This document shows, piece by piece, positions 18,476 to 30,029 of a stretch of 64,000 nucleotides of DNA. Made by a program: the position numbers and the translations under genes. Under the pieces are notes generated by a model. That model was given only the letters and a program-made list of their open reading frames with translations. It was not told the origin of the DNA and did no database searches. Source of the stretch: an uncultured delta proteobacterium (GTDB lineage Bacteria; Myxococcota; B64-G9); assembly GCA_963754925.1 (NCBI GenBank), contig CAVWHX010000010.1, positions 1-64,000 on the forward strand, read 5' to 3'. Position 1 is the first letter of the stretch; every line of letters begins with the position of its first letter.

Positions 18476-19326
18476 GGTATAGGCTTTTCTACCTTGGTAT
18501 GCGCGCCCGACGATGATACAACCACCAGAACATCCTCTAAACTTGCGAAAGACACCGCTGGCCGCATCTCGACCTCCTGGAATACGCCAACCTCAGGCGC
18601 GGCAATTCGCGAAACGGTCCCCACCAATAATCCCGGCGGGAAGCCGCCCCCCAACCCCGAGGTGACCACTTTCTCGCCGACCGACACCTCGACTGAGCGA
18701 AAGAGGTATTCGATCACACAGGCGTCATCGACCCCGGTGCCGCGGACGATTCCTCGCGATCGGTGTGTCTGCGTGACGACGTCGACCGCTGACCGACCGT
18801 CGACAATCAAGGTCACCTCGGCGTAGCTGGACAACGCCCCACTGACTCTGCCAACGAGTCCGCTTCCGGCTATCACTGCATCCCCTACCTTCAAACCATC
18901 CTCCAGGCCACGATCGATTCGAATTACCCGAGCGGCTGGCGCAGTTCCTGCGCCAATCACGGTCGCACCCAGCACGCGATAGGTGGGAATGGTGTCGCGC
19001 ATTTCGATCAACGTACGAAGTCTGAGATTTTCCGCCTCGATCTCGGCCGTGCCGGTCAAGCGCCACTCGAGATCATCAATCTCATTTTGCAAACGGAGGT
19101 TGTCTTCCCGCACACCCACCAAGCGTATATAGTTTTTCCAAAACGAGAGCGACCCGTCGATAGTCCAGATCATGGCCTTTTGGATAGGAGCGGTCACGAA
19201 GATCAGGGTTTTGTCGAGCCAGGTTTGCTCGACCGGCGTATGCAGGCGCGCTCGAAACAACAGAAAACAAAGCAAGACCGCGCCCACGCCGAAGACGCCC
19301 ACCCTATGTTTCCACAACCATGACAT
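18472..19326 (-). CDS. mreC: Rod shape-determining protein MreC
   Basis: N-terminal TM, coiled coil (ENLRLRTL), IDRG..DG, GLVGRV and TSGLGGGFPPGL. Confidence 0.95.
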   Translation of the reverse strand: MSWLWKHRVGVFGVGAVLLCFLLFRARLHTPVEQTWLDKTLIFVTAPIQKAMIWTIDGSLSFWKNYIRLVGVREDNLRLQNEIDDLEWRLTGTAEIEAENLRLRTLIEMRDTIPTYRVLGATVIGAGTAPAARVIRIDRGLEDGLKVGDAVIAGSGLVGRVSGALSSYAEVTLIVDGRSAVDVVTQTHRSRGIVRGTGVDDACVIEYLFRSVEVSVGEKVVTSGLGGGFPPGLLVGTVSRIAAPEVGVFQEVEMRPAVSFASLEDVLVVVSSSGAHTKVEKPIP

Positions 19327-19396
19327 GAAAGCGTTTACTCTCTTTGCGACATGGGCACAACGATTCCCAAAACAGGTTAGAAGCTTTTATCTAGCG

Positions 19397-19686
19397 CCTG
19401 TCGCTTCGCTCCAGGGATAAGAGATTCTTGCCGAGCCTTGCGAGGCTTAGAATCTCTTACCCCTTTAGGGGTAAGAGCCCTTAAGCTCGCTCATTTGACT
19501 ACTCCTCTCGCCCCTGTCGCTTCGCTCCAGGGATAAGAGATTCTTGCCGAGCCTTGCGAGGCTTAGAATCTCTTACCCCTTTAGGGGTAAGAGCCCTTAA
19601 GCTCGCTCATTTGACTACTCCTCTCGCCCCTGTCGCTTCGCTCCAGGGATAAGAGCCCGTAAGCTCGCTTCGTTCGCTAACGGGCT

Positions 19687-19687
<1 letters not shown>
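19397..19687. repeat. Tandem array of a 116-bp palindrome-rich unit (2 identical copies and a shortened third)
   Basis: CCTGTCGCTTCGCTCCAGGGATAAGAG starts at 19397, 19513 and 19629. Nested hairpins include TAAGAGATTCT...AGAATCTCTTA and CTCTTACCCCT-TT-AGGGGTAAGAG. Confidence 0.93.
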
Positions 19688-20724
<1,037 letters not shown>

Positions 20725-21067
20725 CTATCTCCAAACCCGATACCACAGGATGTCAAATCCTCTGTATAAAACGATCGGTGTCGTACAACAGGTCCTCCCG
20801 GACGCTGCGTACCAAAACAGCTTGAACCTTGCAAGAGAAAATCACAAAACAACTCTATCAGGAATAGTTAAAGTCTGATAATGGTGTTTCGTCAAAATAA
20901 TAGCTCTCATAAAAAAAGCGAGTAACACTTCGACTTACATCTCAATGGGTTGCTTGATACCCACGGTTTCATAGTATCGAGCAAGAAAAATCTTGCATCA
21001 CCGGTTGATCACGGTATCATGCCGTCCGTCTGATAAGATGGTTTGGAGAAAACAAAGGAATTCAATC

Positions 21068-22708
21068 ATGCTTGAACAGTTGCGGAAGCAGTCACAGTCA
21101 GCCATTATCATTCTCCTCTTTGGCCTTATTATTTTCGTTTTCGTGTTTTCGTTCGGTGCCGGCTCACGCGGTTTTCGCGAAGGGGGGTGCGGCCGAACCG
21201 ATGTCGCCGCGTTGGTAAACGGAGAAAAGATATCCGATACCGTTTTTCAATTTTATTATAATCTCAGTCTCGACGCCTATGCACGGCAACGAACATCCGG
21301 CGCCGGTCCGTTGCGTGAAGAAGAGAAAACATTTCTACGCCGAAATATAGTGGATGAACTGATCAATCGAGCTCTGTTAATGCAGGCCGCGCACCGCGCC
21401 GGCTTATGGGTAACCGACAAAGAACTAAACGAGAGCATCAAGAAATCACCGCAATTTCTCGAGGAAGATAAGAAGTTCGACTTCAAACGTTATCGAAACA
21501 TTGTCCAATTCCACTATCGGACATCACCGGCGATATTCGAAGAAATTTGGCGCAATGACATGCTTTCAACTCGTATGGCCGGCATAATCATGGATACAGC
21601 GCGAATAACCGATGACGAGTTACTAACCAATTACCGGTTACGCCAGACCAAGGTCGACATTGAGTTCGTTCGCGTTTCGCCGTCGATCTATAAGGACGGG
21701 ATAACGGTGAGCGACGCGCAAATCGATGCATTCATCATCGATAAGGCCGCTCAACTCGAGGAAGCCTATAACGCCCGTTTCGACCTGTACCACAAACCCA
21801 AGATGGTACAACTTGCTCAGATTCTCTTCGAAAAGCACCCGGGCTTTAGCGAAGCATCGATTAAAGAAAAAAAGGAACAAGCCGAGCTCACTCTTGACGA
21901 CCTGAAAAAGGGCGCCGATTTTGCCAAACAAGCCAAGCAATTTTCCGAGGACGAAGCCACTAAAGATCACGGCGGGGAGCTCCCGCCGATGACCAAAGAT
22001 ATGCTCGCAGCTCGGTTTGGCGATGCGGCCGCGGCGACGGCCATCGACCTTCCCGAGGGCAGCATGGCGATAGTTGAGTCCGATAAGGGGTTCTTTGTCA
22101 TTAAGTGCCTCAAGGTGACCCCGGCCGAGGAACATCCGCTCGCCGAAGTCAAACGGGATCTTGCGAAGCAGCTGATCGTTGATCAGGCGGCTTCCGAAAA
22201 AGCCAAGAACGAAGCCGAGCGGTTGTTTGCCGGTCTTACGCACGGCAATAACTTGGCCAGCTTGATTCCGCCGCTGGCCTCAAAACCAGACGGCAAACAA
22301 AAGGCGGCGGGGCCTGTGTTGAAGGTAGAACGAACCGGTATGGTTTCATGGGATACGGGATCGTTGCCGAAAATCGGCGCAGACGATGCTATTTTTCGGG
22401 CTGCCTTTGAGCTGACCAAGGACAAGCCTGTTCCGAATCATGTTTTTGAAATAAAGTCCCCGAGTGGCTCAGCGGATTATATTGTCATGACCCTGGCAGA
22501 TCGGGTTGAGCCTGATCTCAAGCTATTTCCCGAAGCAAAAAAAGGCCTCGAAGAGGAGCTTAATAATTCCCGCAAACAGCGCCAGATAGAGGCTTGGATC
22601 GCCCGCCAACGACAGGAATCAAAAATTGAGATCAACCAAAGTCTCTTGGCCGTTGCGGGTAAGAACAAACGCGGCTCGCAACAAGGCTCACCTAATGATG
22701 ACTGGTAA
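21068..22708 (+). CDS. ppiD: PpiD/SurA-like periplasmic chaperone with parvulin domain
   Basis: MLEQLRK, N-terminal TM, SurA-N-like region, GADFAKQAKQFSEDEATKDHGGEL rotamase motif; divergent from mreB. Confidence 0.8.
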   Translation: MLEQLRKQSQSAIIILLFGLIIFVFVFSFGAGSRGFREGGCGRTDVAALVNGEKISDTVFQFYYNLSLDAYARQRTSGAGPLREEEKTFLRRNIVDELINRALLMQAAHRAGLWVTDKELNESIKKSPQFLEEDKKFDFKRYRNIVQFHYRTSPAIFEEIWRNDMLSTRMAGIIMDTARITDDELLTNYRLRQTKVDIEFVRVSPSIYKDGITVSDAQIDAFIIDKAAQLEEAYNARFDLYHKPKMVQLAQILFEKHPGFSEASIKEKKEQAELTLDDLKKGADFAKQAKQFSEDEATKDHGGELPPMTKDMLAARFGDAAAATAIDLPEGSMAIVESDKGFFVIKCLKVTPAEEHPLAEVKRDLAKQLIVDQAASEKAKNEAERLFAGLTHGNNLASLIPPLASKPDGKQKAAGPVLKVERTGMVSWDTGSLPKIGADDAIFRAAFELTKDKPVPNHVFEIKSPSGSADYIVMTLADRVEPDLKLFPEAKKGLEEELNNSRKQRQIEAWIARQRQESKIEINQSLLAVAGKNKRGSQQGSPNDDW

Positions 22709-22732
22709 CAGCGTGAGACGGGAGGGTCGGTA

Positions 22733-23407
22733 TCAGTTTGGTATGTTGTATCCACTATTAGGATGCTGACTTTGCTGGATCAATGCCAAACCGCGGATTT
22801 TTCGTTCCACTAAAACAGCGTCCTGGGCTTTCGGGCTCTCGATGAGATACCGTGCGAGCTGATCGATGGCCTTGGGCAAGTCGCCTTTGTCCCGATACGC
22901 GTCTGATAATGATTTGCGGATATCGCCTTTGAAGGTTGCGGCTAGCTCAGATTCAAGAGCGCTCAAAAAATCAGCAATCGCTTTGTCGAGATAGGTTGGA
23001 TCCCGTTTACTCTGGCTTAATAACTGATACACCCGCCCCCGATTATACAGCGCCGCTGGATAATCCTTGCGTAACTCGAGCGCCTTATTCAGATAGTTCA
23101 GAGCGGTGTCCAGCTGTCCATTATCAATATAACTTTTACCAAGTAGGTTATAGGCTACATCAAAATCAGGCTTTTTCTCGATTGCTTTTTTGAATTCAAC
23201 GATGGCCTGATCCAATAATTCGGCTTTTTGAGCTCGATCAGTGATGGTATCTCGTTTTTGAAGCATAAATTCGCCACGCTCTCTAGCGCGGACAGCTTCG
23301 TCGGGCACGTAGACAAACTCGCCTTTTCCGAGAGTCAGCGCTATAAATAGCCCGAAGAGGCCAGCGACCACAACGATGACAGCAACAATGATGGCTTTTG
23401 GTGACAT
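22733..23407 (-). CDS. Membrane-anchored TPR protein
   Basis: N-terminal hydrophobic anchor; TPR signatures such as AYNLLG...A...L..AL...P and ALYNRG. Confidence 0.85.
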   Translation of the reverse strand: MSPKAIIVAVIVVVAGLFGLFIALTLGKGEFVYVPDEAVRARERGEFMLQKRDTITDRAQKAELLDQAIVEFKKAIEKKPDFDVAYNLLGKSYIDNGQLDTALNYLNKALELRKDYPAALYNRGRVYQLLSQSKRDPTYLDKAIADFLSALESELAATFKGDIRKSLSDAYRDKGDLPKAIDQLARYLIESPKAQDAVLVERKIRGLALIQQSQHPNSGYNIPN

Positions 23408-23426
23408 GATGGTTGAGGTTATCAGA

Positions 23427-23927
23427 TTATGTCGACTTCTTCAAGGTTGTCGAAACTTCAAAGTTAACCTTGAGCACGGCACCCGGGACAGTAATAAAAA
23501 GATTGCCTGTTTTAGAATCAAAGAACTTATGTACGCTATCCACACGACTTCGAGGAGCGCTCTTGCTATGGTTGAACTCACAGAGATATACATGAGGGCC
23601 GCTTACCAAAGCGAAGTCGCGGCATTTCTTTCCTTTGCCATCGGCATTATCCACCCAGCAACCGGCATCGACATAGATGAAACTGGGATGTTCCGAAGAG
23701 CATCGAAGGACACGCCCGTCAAAGACAAACCTAAATCCACCATCATCTTTTTTGAGTGAGGGATCATAGGTATAAGGTAAAGACTCGCCGTAGTCATCGG
23801 CTCTCTTTTTCAGATGGTCCTCAATGAAGAATTCCCGCTTGACTCGAGTTGATGAAGATTTTTGCACTTGGGCCGGATTCCACTCCATCCAGACACCCAG
23901 CTTCATGCCAAACGGTCCCCGGAACAT
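23427..23927 (-). CDS. Hypothetical protein (possibly the 3' part of a longer disrupted ORF starting at 24214)
   Basis: 166-aa ORF ending 20 nt before the TPR gene; no recognisable family. Confidence 0.5.
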   Translation of the reverse strand: MFRGPFGMKLGVWMEWNPAQVQKSSSTRVKREFFIEDHLKKRADDYGESLPYTYDPSLKKDDGGFRFVFDGRVLRCSSEHPSFIYVDAGCWVDNADGKGKKCRDFALVSGPHVYLCEFNHSKSAPRSRVDSVHKFFDSKTGNLFITVPGAVLKVNFEVSTTLKKST

Positions 23928-24308
23928 ATTTTATCTATCGAATGGTCCGACCTTCTCAATCGAAGACGGTCAGTAACCATAAGCCGCGCAAGCTGGTTGG
24001 CGACCCCTTGATGAGAACCGGCGCTAGCCGCCTCGCCGGTCGATTGGATCGCCGCGATCATTTTATCGAAGTTTTGCCAAGTTATTGAAAATACTTCTAA
24101 AAATCTGGCGGCTTCTTCCTGGCTGGTAAATTGTTGAATCGTATCATCTGAATGCGATGATTTTGGTTAAACGATATCCATCGTCATGCCTGGTGCTTGA
24201 ATTTGCCAGTACACAACTATTCCTTAAGCATAAATTTTTCTGATTATTACCTTATTGGCATCTAAAATTCAAGGTGAAGCTAACTTTTTTTGAAAATCCT
24301 CCCTCGAG

Positions 24309-24359
24309 ATGGATGTACCCATCCATTCACTTGACAATATATATAATGGCATGTATGGT
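24309..24359 (+). promoter_or_regulatory. Sigma70-like promoter with upstream inverted repeat
   Basis: ATGGATG-N4-CATCCAT (24309-24326); TTGACA(24331-24336)-N17-TATGGT(24354-24359). Confidence 0.55.
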
Positions 24360-24410
24360 AACAACCTAGATTTTCGTTTGATCTAGAGATATAGAGATCC
24401 GGAGGTTGGT

Positions 24411-24620
24411 ATGGCCCGGAATAAAATCTCGACCACGGTGTACATCACGCGCGAACAGAACGAGCGGCTCAAGCTCCTCAACCGAAAAACCAAGGTCCCC
24501 GTCTCGGAATACATCAGGGAGGGAATTGATCTAGTGCTCGATAAACATAAAGATATTTTACCTGGTCAGCTCCCCCTTATCGACAAGGAATCTCTTTCCC
24601 CGCGGGCGGGAGAAGGTTAG
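24411..24620 (+). CDS. cdbA: Ribbon-helix-helix DNA-binding protein, CdbA-like
   Basis: KISTTVYITREQNERLK...TKVPVSEYIREGIDLVL...LPGQ resembles, from memory, M. xanthus CdbA; GGAGG RBS. Confidence 0.75.
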   Translation: MARNKISTTVYITREQNERLKLLNRKTKVPVSEYIREGIDLVLDKHKDILPGQLPLIDKESLSPRAGEG

Positions 24621-24677
24621 GATACACCCTACCCTCTCTCAAAACAGGCGAGATGAAAAAAAGAAGGTGTTGCGCTA

Positions 24678-25619
24678 GTGAAACGTATTCTGGTGACGGG
24701 TGGAGCGGGGTTTATCGGTTCACATTTGTGTGATCGACTTTTGGCGGACGGTGATCAGGTAATTTGCGTCGACAATCTTATAACCGGCGACTTGCGAAAT
24801 ATAAATCACCTTTTTGCAAACGATCGGTTCCTGTTTCTAAAGCTGGACGTGACCAATTTTATACATGTTCCGGGCACCCTTGATCGCGTTTACCACCTTG
24901 CTTCGTGCGCCAGCCCGGTTGATTATCAAAGGTTTCCGATCCAAACGCTCAAGGTTGGGTCGCTCGGCACCCATAAAGTACTTGGGCTCGCCAAAGAAAA
25001 AAAGGCGCGTATGTTGCTTACCTCGACCTCAGAGGTCTACGGCGATCCGTTAGTTCATCCCCAGCCCGAAAGTTACTGGGGAAATGTCAATCCCGTCGGC
25101 CCGCGCGCTGCCTACGATGAATCCAAGCGCTTCGCCGAGGCCTTGACCATGGCCTACAACCGTTTTCATTCGCTCGAAACCCGCATCGTTCGCATCTTCA
25201 ATACCTATGGACCACGTATGCGTAAGAACGATGGCCGGGTGGTGCCAAATTTCATTAACCAGGCGCTTTCCGGCCAAGACCTAACCGTCTACGGCGACGG
25301 AACCCAGACCAGAAGCTTTTGCTACGTCGACGATATTGTGGATGGAATCGTGCGGGCAATGGAGTGCTCTGATTGCAATCCAATCAATATGGGTAACCAT
25401 CGGGAATCAACCGTTATCGAGTTCGCCAACATTGTGATCCAGCTAACTAATTCAAAATCACGCATCAGGTATGAACCGCTGCCTCAGGACGACCCGAAAG
25501 TTCGCTGTCCGGACAATAAACGGGCTTTGCAAATTCTGGGATGGCAGCCAAAGGTCAACCTCGAGGATGGCCTGGTGAGAACCATCGACTACTTCAAAAA
25601 AGGGGAAGAATCTTCATGA
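24678..25619 (+). CDS. UDP-glucuronate decarboxylase-family SDR
   Basis: [33 protein letters not shown] and [10 protein letters not shown]. Confidence 0.92.
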   Translation: MKRILVTGGAGFIGSHLCDRLLADGDQVICVDNLITGDLRNINHLFANDRFLFLKLDVTNFIHVPGTLDRVYHLASCASPVDYQRFPIQTLKVGSLGTHKVLGLAKEKKARMLLTSTSEVYGDPLVHPQPESYWGNVNPVGPRAAYDESKRFAEALTMAYNRFHSLETRIVRIFNTYGPRMRKNDGRVVPNFINQALSGQDLTVYGDGTQTRSFCYVDDIVDGIVRAMECSDCNPINMGNHRESTVIEFANIVIQLTNSKSRIRYEPLPQDDPKVRCPDNKRALQILGWQPKVNLEDGLVRTIDYFKKGEESS

Positions 25620-26548
25620 AAATACTCGTAACCGGCGGCGCCGGATTTATCGGTTCGCATGTGGCGTCGCTGATGGTAGAGCGCCAGCATGAGATTATGG
25701 TGGTTGATGACCTCTCCAGCGGTTCTCGCAGAAATCTTCCGAACGAGGCGATATTCAAGCAGATGAATATCTGCGATAGTACGTTCGGCGATCTGGTCGA
25801 AGATTTTCGTCCGGAGACTATTTTCCATCTTGCCGCCCAAATAGACGTACGTAAGTCAGTCGCCGATCCGAGCCACGACGCCAGCATCAACGTTCTCGGC
25901 ACCATCCGGCTGCTGCGGGCAGCCGCCAACGCCAAAACTCAGCGGGTGATCTTCTCTTCAACCGGCGGTGCAATCTATGGTGAACAGGATTTTTTTCCGG
26001 CAACCGAAGCTCACCCGTGCCGTCCGGTAAGCCCGTACGGCACCTCCAAGCTCTGCGCCGAGGCGTACCTTGGATACTTCGAGCGGGCCGGCGGGCCCCG
26101 CTGCACGGTGCTCCGATACAGCAATGTGTACGGACCGCGTCAAGATCCGTACGGTGAGGCAGGCGTGGTCGCGATCTTCACGAATAAAATGCTCCATAAC
26201 CAGCCTCCCACGATTTTCGGGAATGGCAAGCAAACGCGCGATTATGTCTATGTCAAAGACGTAGCTCGGGCCAATTTGTTAGCTCTCGAAGGTAATTTTT
26301 CCGGCGTCGTTAACATTGGCACGGGATTCGAGACCGATGTCAATGCTCTCGCCACCATTATTGCGCACCATACTCACTTCAAGGGACAACCCGTCTATCA
26401 GCCAGCGCGACCCGGAGAGCAATTCCGAAGCGTGATCGATCCTGCAAAGGCAAAACGGGAGCTTGGTTGGGAACCAGCGGTCGATCTTTCCGGAGGTTTG
26501 CGTGAGACCGTGGAATACTTTCGCACGAATGGTGATCACAATCCATGA
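25616..26548 (+). CDS. NAD-dependent epimerase/dehydratase (UDP-glucose 4-epimerase-like)
   Basis: [34 protein letters not shown] and [12 protein letters not shown] 25616 overlaps the upstream TGA. Confidence 0.92.
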   Translation: MKILVTGGAGFIGSHVASLMVERQHEIMVVDDLSSGSRRNLPNEAIFKQMNICDSTFGDLVEDFRPETIFHLAAQIDVRKSVADPSHDASINVLGTIRLLRAAANAKTQRVIFSSTGGAIYGEQDFFPATEAHPCRPVSPYGTSKLCAEAYLGYFERAGGPRCTVLRYSNVYGPRQDPYGEAGVVAIFTNKMLHNQPPTIFGNGKQTRDYVYVKDVARANLLALEGNFSGVVNIGTGFETDVNALATIIAHHTHFKGQPVYQPARPGEQFRSVIDPAKAKRELGWEPAVDLSGGLRETVEYFRTNGDHNP

Positions 26549-27738
26549 CCGCACCTGACCAGAACAACGTCCCCAAATGTTGGAGCCAGCGCCTGTGGTG
26601 GCCATTGGTCCTGGCCAGCATGGTCGCAGCGTATTTCGTGTTGCATAACTATACGTTGACCTATTGGCAGTTTATGGCGAGTTTCGCCGCGTTCATCGCC
26701 GTTGGAGCTTCCCTTGGGCACTACCTGGGAACGTGGATCGACCGGCGCTTTCGCACCGAACGCGGACTGCTACGCCAAGAGCGCGGGGCAAGCAAAGAAT
26801 TGCTCAAATGGTTGCACCATCTCCTGCTTAAGCACCAACATCAGCTCGAACCAAACGTGGCGCGCAAACTCACCGAAGGCATGGGACGCCTTGAGGCGTT
26901 GCTGCATACACCGGACTCAGACCGCTTTCAGATAATGGAGGAGCGCGGGAAACTGCAGGGCTTGGTTGAAAAACACTTGACGCAATTTCACCGCGGCATT
27001 ATCCGTGAGTACGTCGAGCCGTTCGCCAAGGCGGCCCTGATAGCACTCCTGCTGCGGGCGTTTGTGGTCGAGCCGTTCCAAATCCCCTCGGGATCAATGG
27101 TTCCGACGATCATGTTCGGGGATCACATTTTCGCGAACAAACTTGCCTACGGCGTACGGGTGCCGCTCCTACCAATGACCATAGCTGGGCACGAGATTGA
27201 AGCGGTAGCCTGGAATTGGTCGATACCCGCCCACGGCGACATCATTGTGTTCGTTACCCCAGAGAATAAAATCGAAGACTACATCAAACGAGTGGTGGCG
27301 TTGCCGGATGAAGAAATTTTGGTTCGAGATGGCGTTGTCTATGTCAACGGCAAACCATTTGAGCAGACCAATCAGCAGCCCTTCGAGTTCAACGACCTTG
27401 ATCAAGAGGGGCGCTTTATCGAGCGCGTCACCACCAAAAAATTCGACGAGGATGTTGACGGCTTGCAGCATGCGATCCTGCGTTTAACTCATTGCAACCT
27501 TAAATCGAAGTGTATCTGCAACACGAACTCCGGTCTCTGCCAACAAGATGACTTCGGGCCGTATACGGTACCCAAGGGGCATGTGTTCTGTATGGGCGAT
27601 AACCGCGACAGCAGCAAGGACAGTCGATTCTGGGGTCCGGTGCCGCTGGAGTATATAAAAGGTAAAGCCGAATTTATTTGGTGGTCATACCGCGAGAATC
27701 AGGTTCGCTGGGATCGTATGTTCACGAGTATGTATTGA
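26545..27738 (+). CDS. lepB: Signal peptidase I
   Basis: FQIPSGSM (Ser), DYIKRVV (Lys) and MGDNRDSSKDSRFWG; long N-terminal extension. Confidence 0.95.
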   Translation: MTAPDQNNVPKCWSQRLWWPLVLASMVAAYFVLHNYTLTYWQFMASFAAFIAVGASLGHYLGTWIDRRFRTERGLLRQERGASKELLKWLHHLLLKHQHQLEPNVARKLTEGMGRLEALLHTPDSDRFQIMEERGKLQGLVEKHLTQFHRGIIREYVEPFAKAALIALLLRAFVVEPFQIPSGSMVPTIMFGDHIFANKLAYGVRVPLLPMTIAGHEIEAVAWNWSIPAHGDIIVFVTPENKIEDYIKRVVALPDEEILVRDGVVYVNGKPFEQTNQQPFEFNDLDQEGRFIERVTTKKFDEDVDGLQHAILRLTHCNLKSKCICNTNSGLCQQDDFGPYTVPKGHVFCMGDNRDSSKDSRFWGPVPLEYIKGKAEFIWWSYRENQVRWDRMFTSMY

Positions 27739-27769
27739 CGGTTCGAAGCATCGTATCGATGATAGAGAT

Positions 27770-27799
27770 TTGACAAACCCGCAAGGTACTTGGTAAGGT
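27770..27799 (+). promoter_or_regulatory. Candidate sigma70 promoter for bacNOP
   Basis: TTGACA(27770-27775)-N18-TAAGGT with a TG extended -10 element. Confidence 0.4.
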
Positions 27800-27889
27800 A
27801 TCTAGTGAGCAGAACGTTGATGAGGTGAATGAGTCGGGGTTGGGAACTCCATGCTGTGGCAAGGAAAAAAAACACAGGAGGCCGAAATC

Positions 27890-28234
27890 ATGGTCGCCGA
27901 ACCACCTGGCGTTATTGGCAAGGGAATCAGCATCAGCGGTAATCTCAGCGGTGGTGGAGATCTCATCATTGAGGGAACCGTTGAAGGTCAGATCTCTCTT
28001 AAGAACCACCTGACGATCGAAGAAACCGGCGTGGTACGCGCTGATATTGAAGCCGAGCGTCTGACCATCAAGGGCGAGATGAGCGGCAACATCACTGCCA
28101 GCGAGAAAGTAGCCATTTTGGCGAATGCCAAGGTGACCTCCGATATCAAGGCGCCGGTCGTGGTGATTGAGGACGGCGCCCGGTTCAAAGGTAACATTGA
28201 CATGGACGTGCGCCTCCCCGACGGAATTATGTAG
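27890..28234 (+). CDS. bacN: Bactofilin BacN
   Basis: VIGKGISISGNLSGGGDLIIEG...IEDGARFKGNIDMDVRLPD beta-helix; AGGAGG RBS before ATG 27890. Confidence 0.88.
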   Translation: MVAEPPGVIGKGISISGNLSGGGDLIIEGTVEGQISLKNHLTIEETGVVRADIEAERLTIKGEMSGNITASEKVAILANAKVTSDIKAPVVVIEDGARFKGNIDMDVRLPDGIM

Positions 28235-28266
28235 ACGCCTAACGAGAGATACGCAAGGAGACAAAC

Positions 28267-28578
28267 ATGGCCAATGTGATCGGCAGTTCGATTATCATCG
28301 ACGGAGAGATCTCGGGCGACGAGGATTTGGTTGTTCAGGGCACGGTCAAGGGCAAGATCACGCTCAAGGAGAGTCTTTTTGTTGAAAACTCCGGCGTGGT
28401 GGAAGCGGACATCCAGACCCGCAATGTCGAAATCTCGGGCTCGGTGACCGGCAACATCCGCGCCAGCGACAAGGTTGAAATCAAATCTGATGGCCGGATG
28501 GTCGGTGACATCAAGTCGCCGCGTATTTTGATCGCCGATGGCGCTACGTTCAAAGGCAATGTAGACATGGACCGCTAA
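28267..28578 (+). CDS. bacO: Bactofilin BacO
   Basis: VIGSSIIIDGEISGDEDLVVQG...IADGATFKGNVDMD. Confidence 0.88.
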   Translation: MANVIGSSIIIDGEISGDEDLVVQGTVKGKITLKESLFVENSGVVEADIQTRNVEISGSVTGNIRASDKVEIKSDGRMVGDIKSPRILIADGATFKGNVDMDR

Positions 28579-28606
28579 CCGCTTACGACGCGGAAAGGAG
28601 CCTCCC

Positions 28607-29218
28607 ATGGCGGATACCAATACCGTCGTCGGTCAGACGATCCTTATTAAGGGCAACTTGGAGGGGCAGGAAGATCTCACCGTGCAAGGCCGCATTGAGG
28701 GATCGCTGCATCTCACCAAGACCTTGATTGTAGAACCGAGCGGGATAGTGAAAGCGGAAATCTCGGTCTGCAATGCAGTCATCAGCGGCATCATGGTCGG
28801 CAACTTGACCGCCACTGACTCGGTCGAGATCACCGAGACCGGCCGCATGGTTGGGGACATTTGCGCACCGCGCGTGATCATCACCGAGGGTGCGGTTTTT
28901 AAGGGGCAGGTCGATATGGGCGACCTTGGCCAGGCGCGACCGTCGTCAGAAATACGTAAGCCCATGGGGAGACCAACCCCGGCGCTGCGCGGTGATCCCG
29001 CTAAAAAAACTTCGTTCCCGGGTCTAACCAAACCAGTCTCGGCTGCCCGAAGCACCAGCCTCGTTCCTGTTCAAAAAGTCGATCGAACGACCGCGAGCCT
29101 TGCACCAGCAAAAGCAAAGCAATCAACCGATGCGTCTGCAAGCGACAAAAAAGCTGGTCAAGGGGAAAATTCCCCTACTTCACCCAAGAAAAAGGTCATC
29201 ATAAAAAAGAAGCGCTAA
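28607..29218 (+). CDS. bacP: Bactofilin BacP with disordered, basic C-terminal tail
   Basis: Bactofilin domain, Pro/Ser/Thr/Lys-rich linker and KKKVIIKKKR C-terminus. Confidence 0.88.
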   Translation: MADTNTVVGQTILIKGNLEGQEDLTVQGRIEGSLHLTKTLIVEPSGIVKAEISVCNAVISGIMVGNLTATDSVEITETGRMVGDICAPRVIITEGAVFKGQVDMGDLGQARPSSEIRKPMGRPTPALRGDPAKKTSFPGLTKPVSAARSTSLVPVQKVDRTTASLAPAKAKQSTDASASDKKAGQGENSPTSPKKKVIIKKKR

Positions 29219-29366
29219 CTGACCGAGTGGCCCTACCACGGTATATTCCAAGCAGCCCCAAGACCTTTCCTGCGTAACCTATTGCAAGAACATTGACAAC
29301 GCTGGTAGTGTACGTGCCCTGAACGAAGTGTCGACCAAGCAAGACATTTACTGATAAGGAATTTTC

Positions 29367-29927
29367 ATGAATAGGGACGAACGTGATCGACTTCTTTTCC
29401 TTCTCAAGACAAAATCATATCGCACGGGCCCGGTGGTGCTGTCTTCCGGCAAGGTGAGCGACTTTTATGTGGATTGCAAGCAAACGTCGCTGTCGGCCGA
29501 GGGGGCGCTGCTCTGTGGACGACTTCTCTTCAGACTCATACTCAACCATTTCCCAACGGCACGAGCAGTGGGCGGGCCAACGTTGGGCGCGGATCCTCTG
29601 GTGAGCGCGGTTGCCACCATCAGCATGATCGAAGGCCATCCATTGGATGCATTCATTATTCGCAAAGAGCCCAAGGAGCACGGGACCGCCGCCTGGATTG
29701 AGGGTATGGCGAATTTGTCCGAGGGTCAGCCCGTCGTGTTGCTCGAAGACGTCATTACCACCGGCGGTTCGACCCTTCGTTCGATCCAACGCGCGGTGGA
29801 GGCCAAACTCACGGTGCTCGGCGTTTGTGTTTTACTCGATCGAAACGAAGGCGGTAAAGAAGCCATCGAGTCCAACGGCGTCCCCTGTATAAGCCTTTTT
29901 AAGCGCTCAGATCTCCTGGCGCCATAG
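29367..29927 (+). CDS. pyrE: Orotate phosphoribosyltransferase
   Basis: LSSGKVSDFYVD, IRKEPKEHG and LLEDVITTGGS PRPP loop. Confidence 0.95.
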   Translation: MNRDERDRLLFLLKTKSYRTGPVVLSSGKVSDFYVDCKQTSLSAEGALLCGRLLFRLILNHFPTARAVGGPTLGADPLVSAVATISMIEGHPLDAFIIRKEPKEHGTAAWIEGMANLSEGQPVVLLEDVITTGGSTLRSIQRAVEAKLTVLGVCVLLDRNEGGKEAIESNGVPCISLFKRSDLLAP

Positions 29928-30029
29928 CGATTTCTCAAGGTTAAAAAATTTGGCATTTGAAAAAGATTGACGGGAACGATCTCCTCTGTTACGGTGATCC
30001 ATCTTTTACGCCATGAGAGGGACTGTCGC

